Shown here one piece after another: positions 62,875 through 64,000 of a stretch of 64,000 nucleotides of DNA; positions within the stretch are counted from its first letter, which is position 1, and every line of letters starts with the position of its first letter. The position numbers and the translations under genes were made by a program. The notes beneath the pieces were generated by a model. The model was not told the origin of the DNA. It ran no database searches and saw nothing but the letters and a program-made list of their open reading frames with translations. This DNA is from Convolutriloba macropyga (lineage: Eukaryota), in NCBI RefSeq assembly GCF_964194025.1, contig NC_134470.1:65038001-65102000 (forward strand), in the 5' to 3' direction.

Positions 62875-64000
62875 ATATAGTATTTTTGATCGGGTCAAGA
62901 AGTTGTTCAAATAAGTATTCTTAAAAATAGGTCTTTTTCATCGGGTCAAAAAGTTGTTGAAACCGAACCAAACTCAGTATGGAGTATCCCTTGTGTATAT
63001 AGAGTCTAAAACAAAAGAAATTATTGCTATAGCTTGTCTAGGAAAAAAGTTAGGCTGTCATACGGAAATTTGCGATTATTTCAAATAAGTAATTTTAAAA
63101 ATAGGTCTTTTTGATTAGGTCTTAAAGTTGTCCAAATTGAACCAAACTTGAGTATCCCCTTTTTATATAGAGTCTAAAGTAAAAGGAATTTTTGCTATAG
63201 CTGGCCTAGAAAGAAAGTTGGGTTTTCATACGGAAATTTGCTATTATTTCGAAGAAATTGCGATCATTGAATTTTAAAAATAGGTCTTTTTCATCGGGTC
63301 AAGGAGTTGTCCAAATCAAACTAAAATTGATATGGAGTATCCTCTATGTACCTAGTGTCTAAATCAAAAATAATTTTTGCTATATCTTGCCTAGGAAAAA
63401 AGTTGGGTTTTTATACGGAAATTTGCGAATTTCGCGAATAACGAATTTTAACTATAGTTATTTTTGATTGGGCCAAGAAGTTGTCCAAATTGAACCAAAC
63501 CTGGTATGGAGTATCCCCTGTGAATATTGAGTCTGAAACAAAAAGATTTTTTGCTATAGCTTGCCTAGGAAAAAAGTTAGTTTTTGATACGGAAATTTGC
63601 TATTATTTCAAATGAATAATTTTAAAAATAGGTCTTTTTTATCGGGTCAAGAAGTTGTTCAAATCGAACCAAACTCGGTATCGGGTATCACCAGTGTAAT
63701 TATAATGTAAAACAAAACGATTTTTTGGTATGGCTTGCCTAGGAAAAAAGTTAGTATTTCATACGGAACTTTTTGAATTTCTCGAAAAAGGAATTTTAAA
63801 AATAAGTCTTTTTCATCGGGTCAAGGAGTTGTCCAAATCGAACCAAACTTGGTATGGAGTATCCCCAGGGTAGGTGGAGCATAGGAAAGAAGGAATTTTT
63901 GATAAAGCTTGCCTAGGAAAAAAGTTAGTTTTTCATACGGAAATTTGCGAATTTCGCGATTAGCGAATTTTAAAAATAAGTCTTTTTCATCGGGTCAAGG
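62875..64000. repeat. 174-bp satellite DNA, ~6 diverged monomers running off the window
   Basis: Marker ATA(G/A)GTCTTTTT or a close variant at 62927, 63101, 63280, 63454, 63628, 63802 and 63976 (spacing 174, once 179). Confidence 0.93.

Overview
AT-rich eukaryotic (metazoan-type) genomic DNA with two assembly gaps (19572-19725, 62615-62814). The main gene is a minus-strand, 7-coding-exon DEG/ENaC/ASIC-family channel (49343->15702, about 520 aa). I assembled it by hand from phase-compatible GT-AG junctions; its large introns hold non-autonomous DNA transposons. Downstream on the same strand are an orphan 125-aa single-pass membrane ORF (15111->14734) and a single-ORF RGS-domain gene (13026->11971) whose 3' end is locally duplicated. 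The left end carries a decayed three-LTR Ty3/Gypsy structure flanked by an unusual ~100-bp duplication. Just upstream of the channel is a 9-kb array of seven ~1.3-kb units, and most units carry an ATG-to-splice-donor cassette in frame with the channel; this is my top hypothesis and is unverified. The window ends in a 174-bp satellite. No prokaryotic features, CRISPR arrays, rRNA or convincing tRNA were seen. All alignments and identities were judged by eye.
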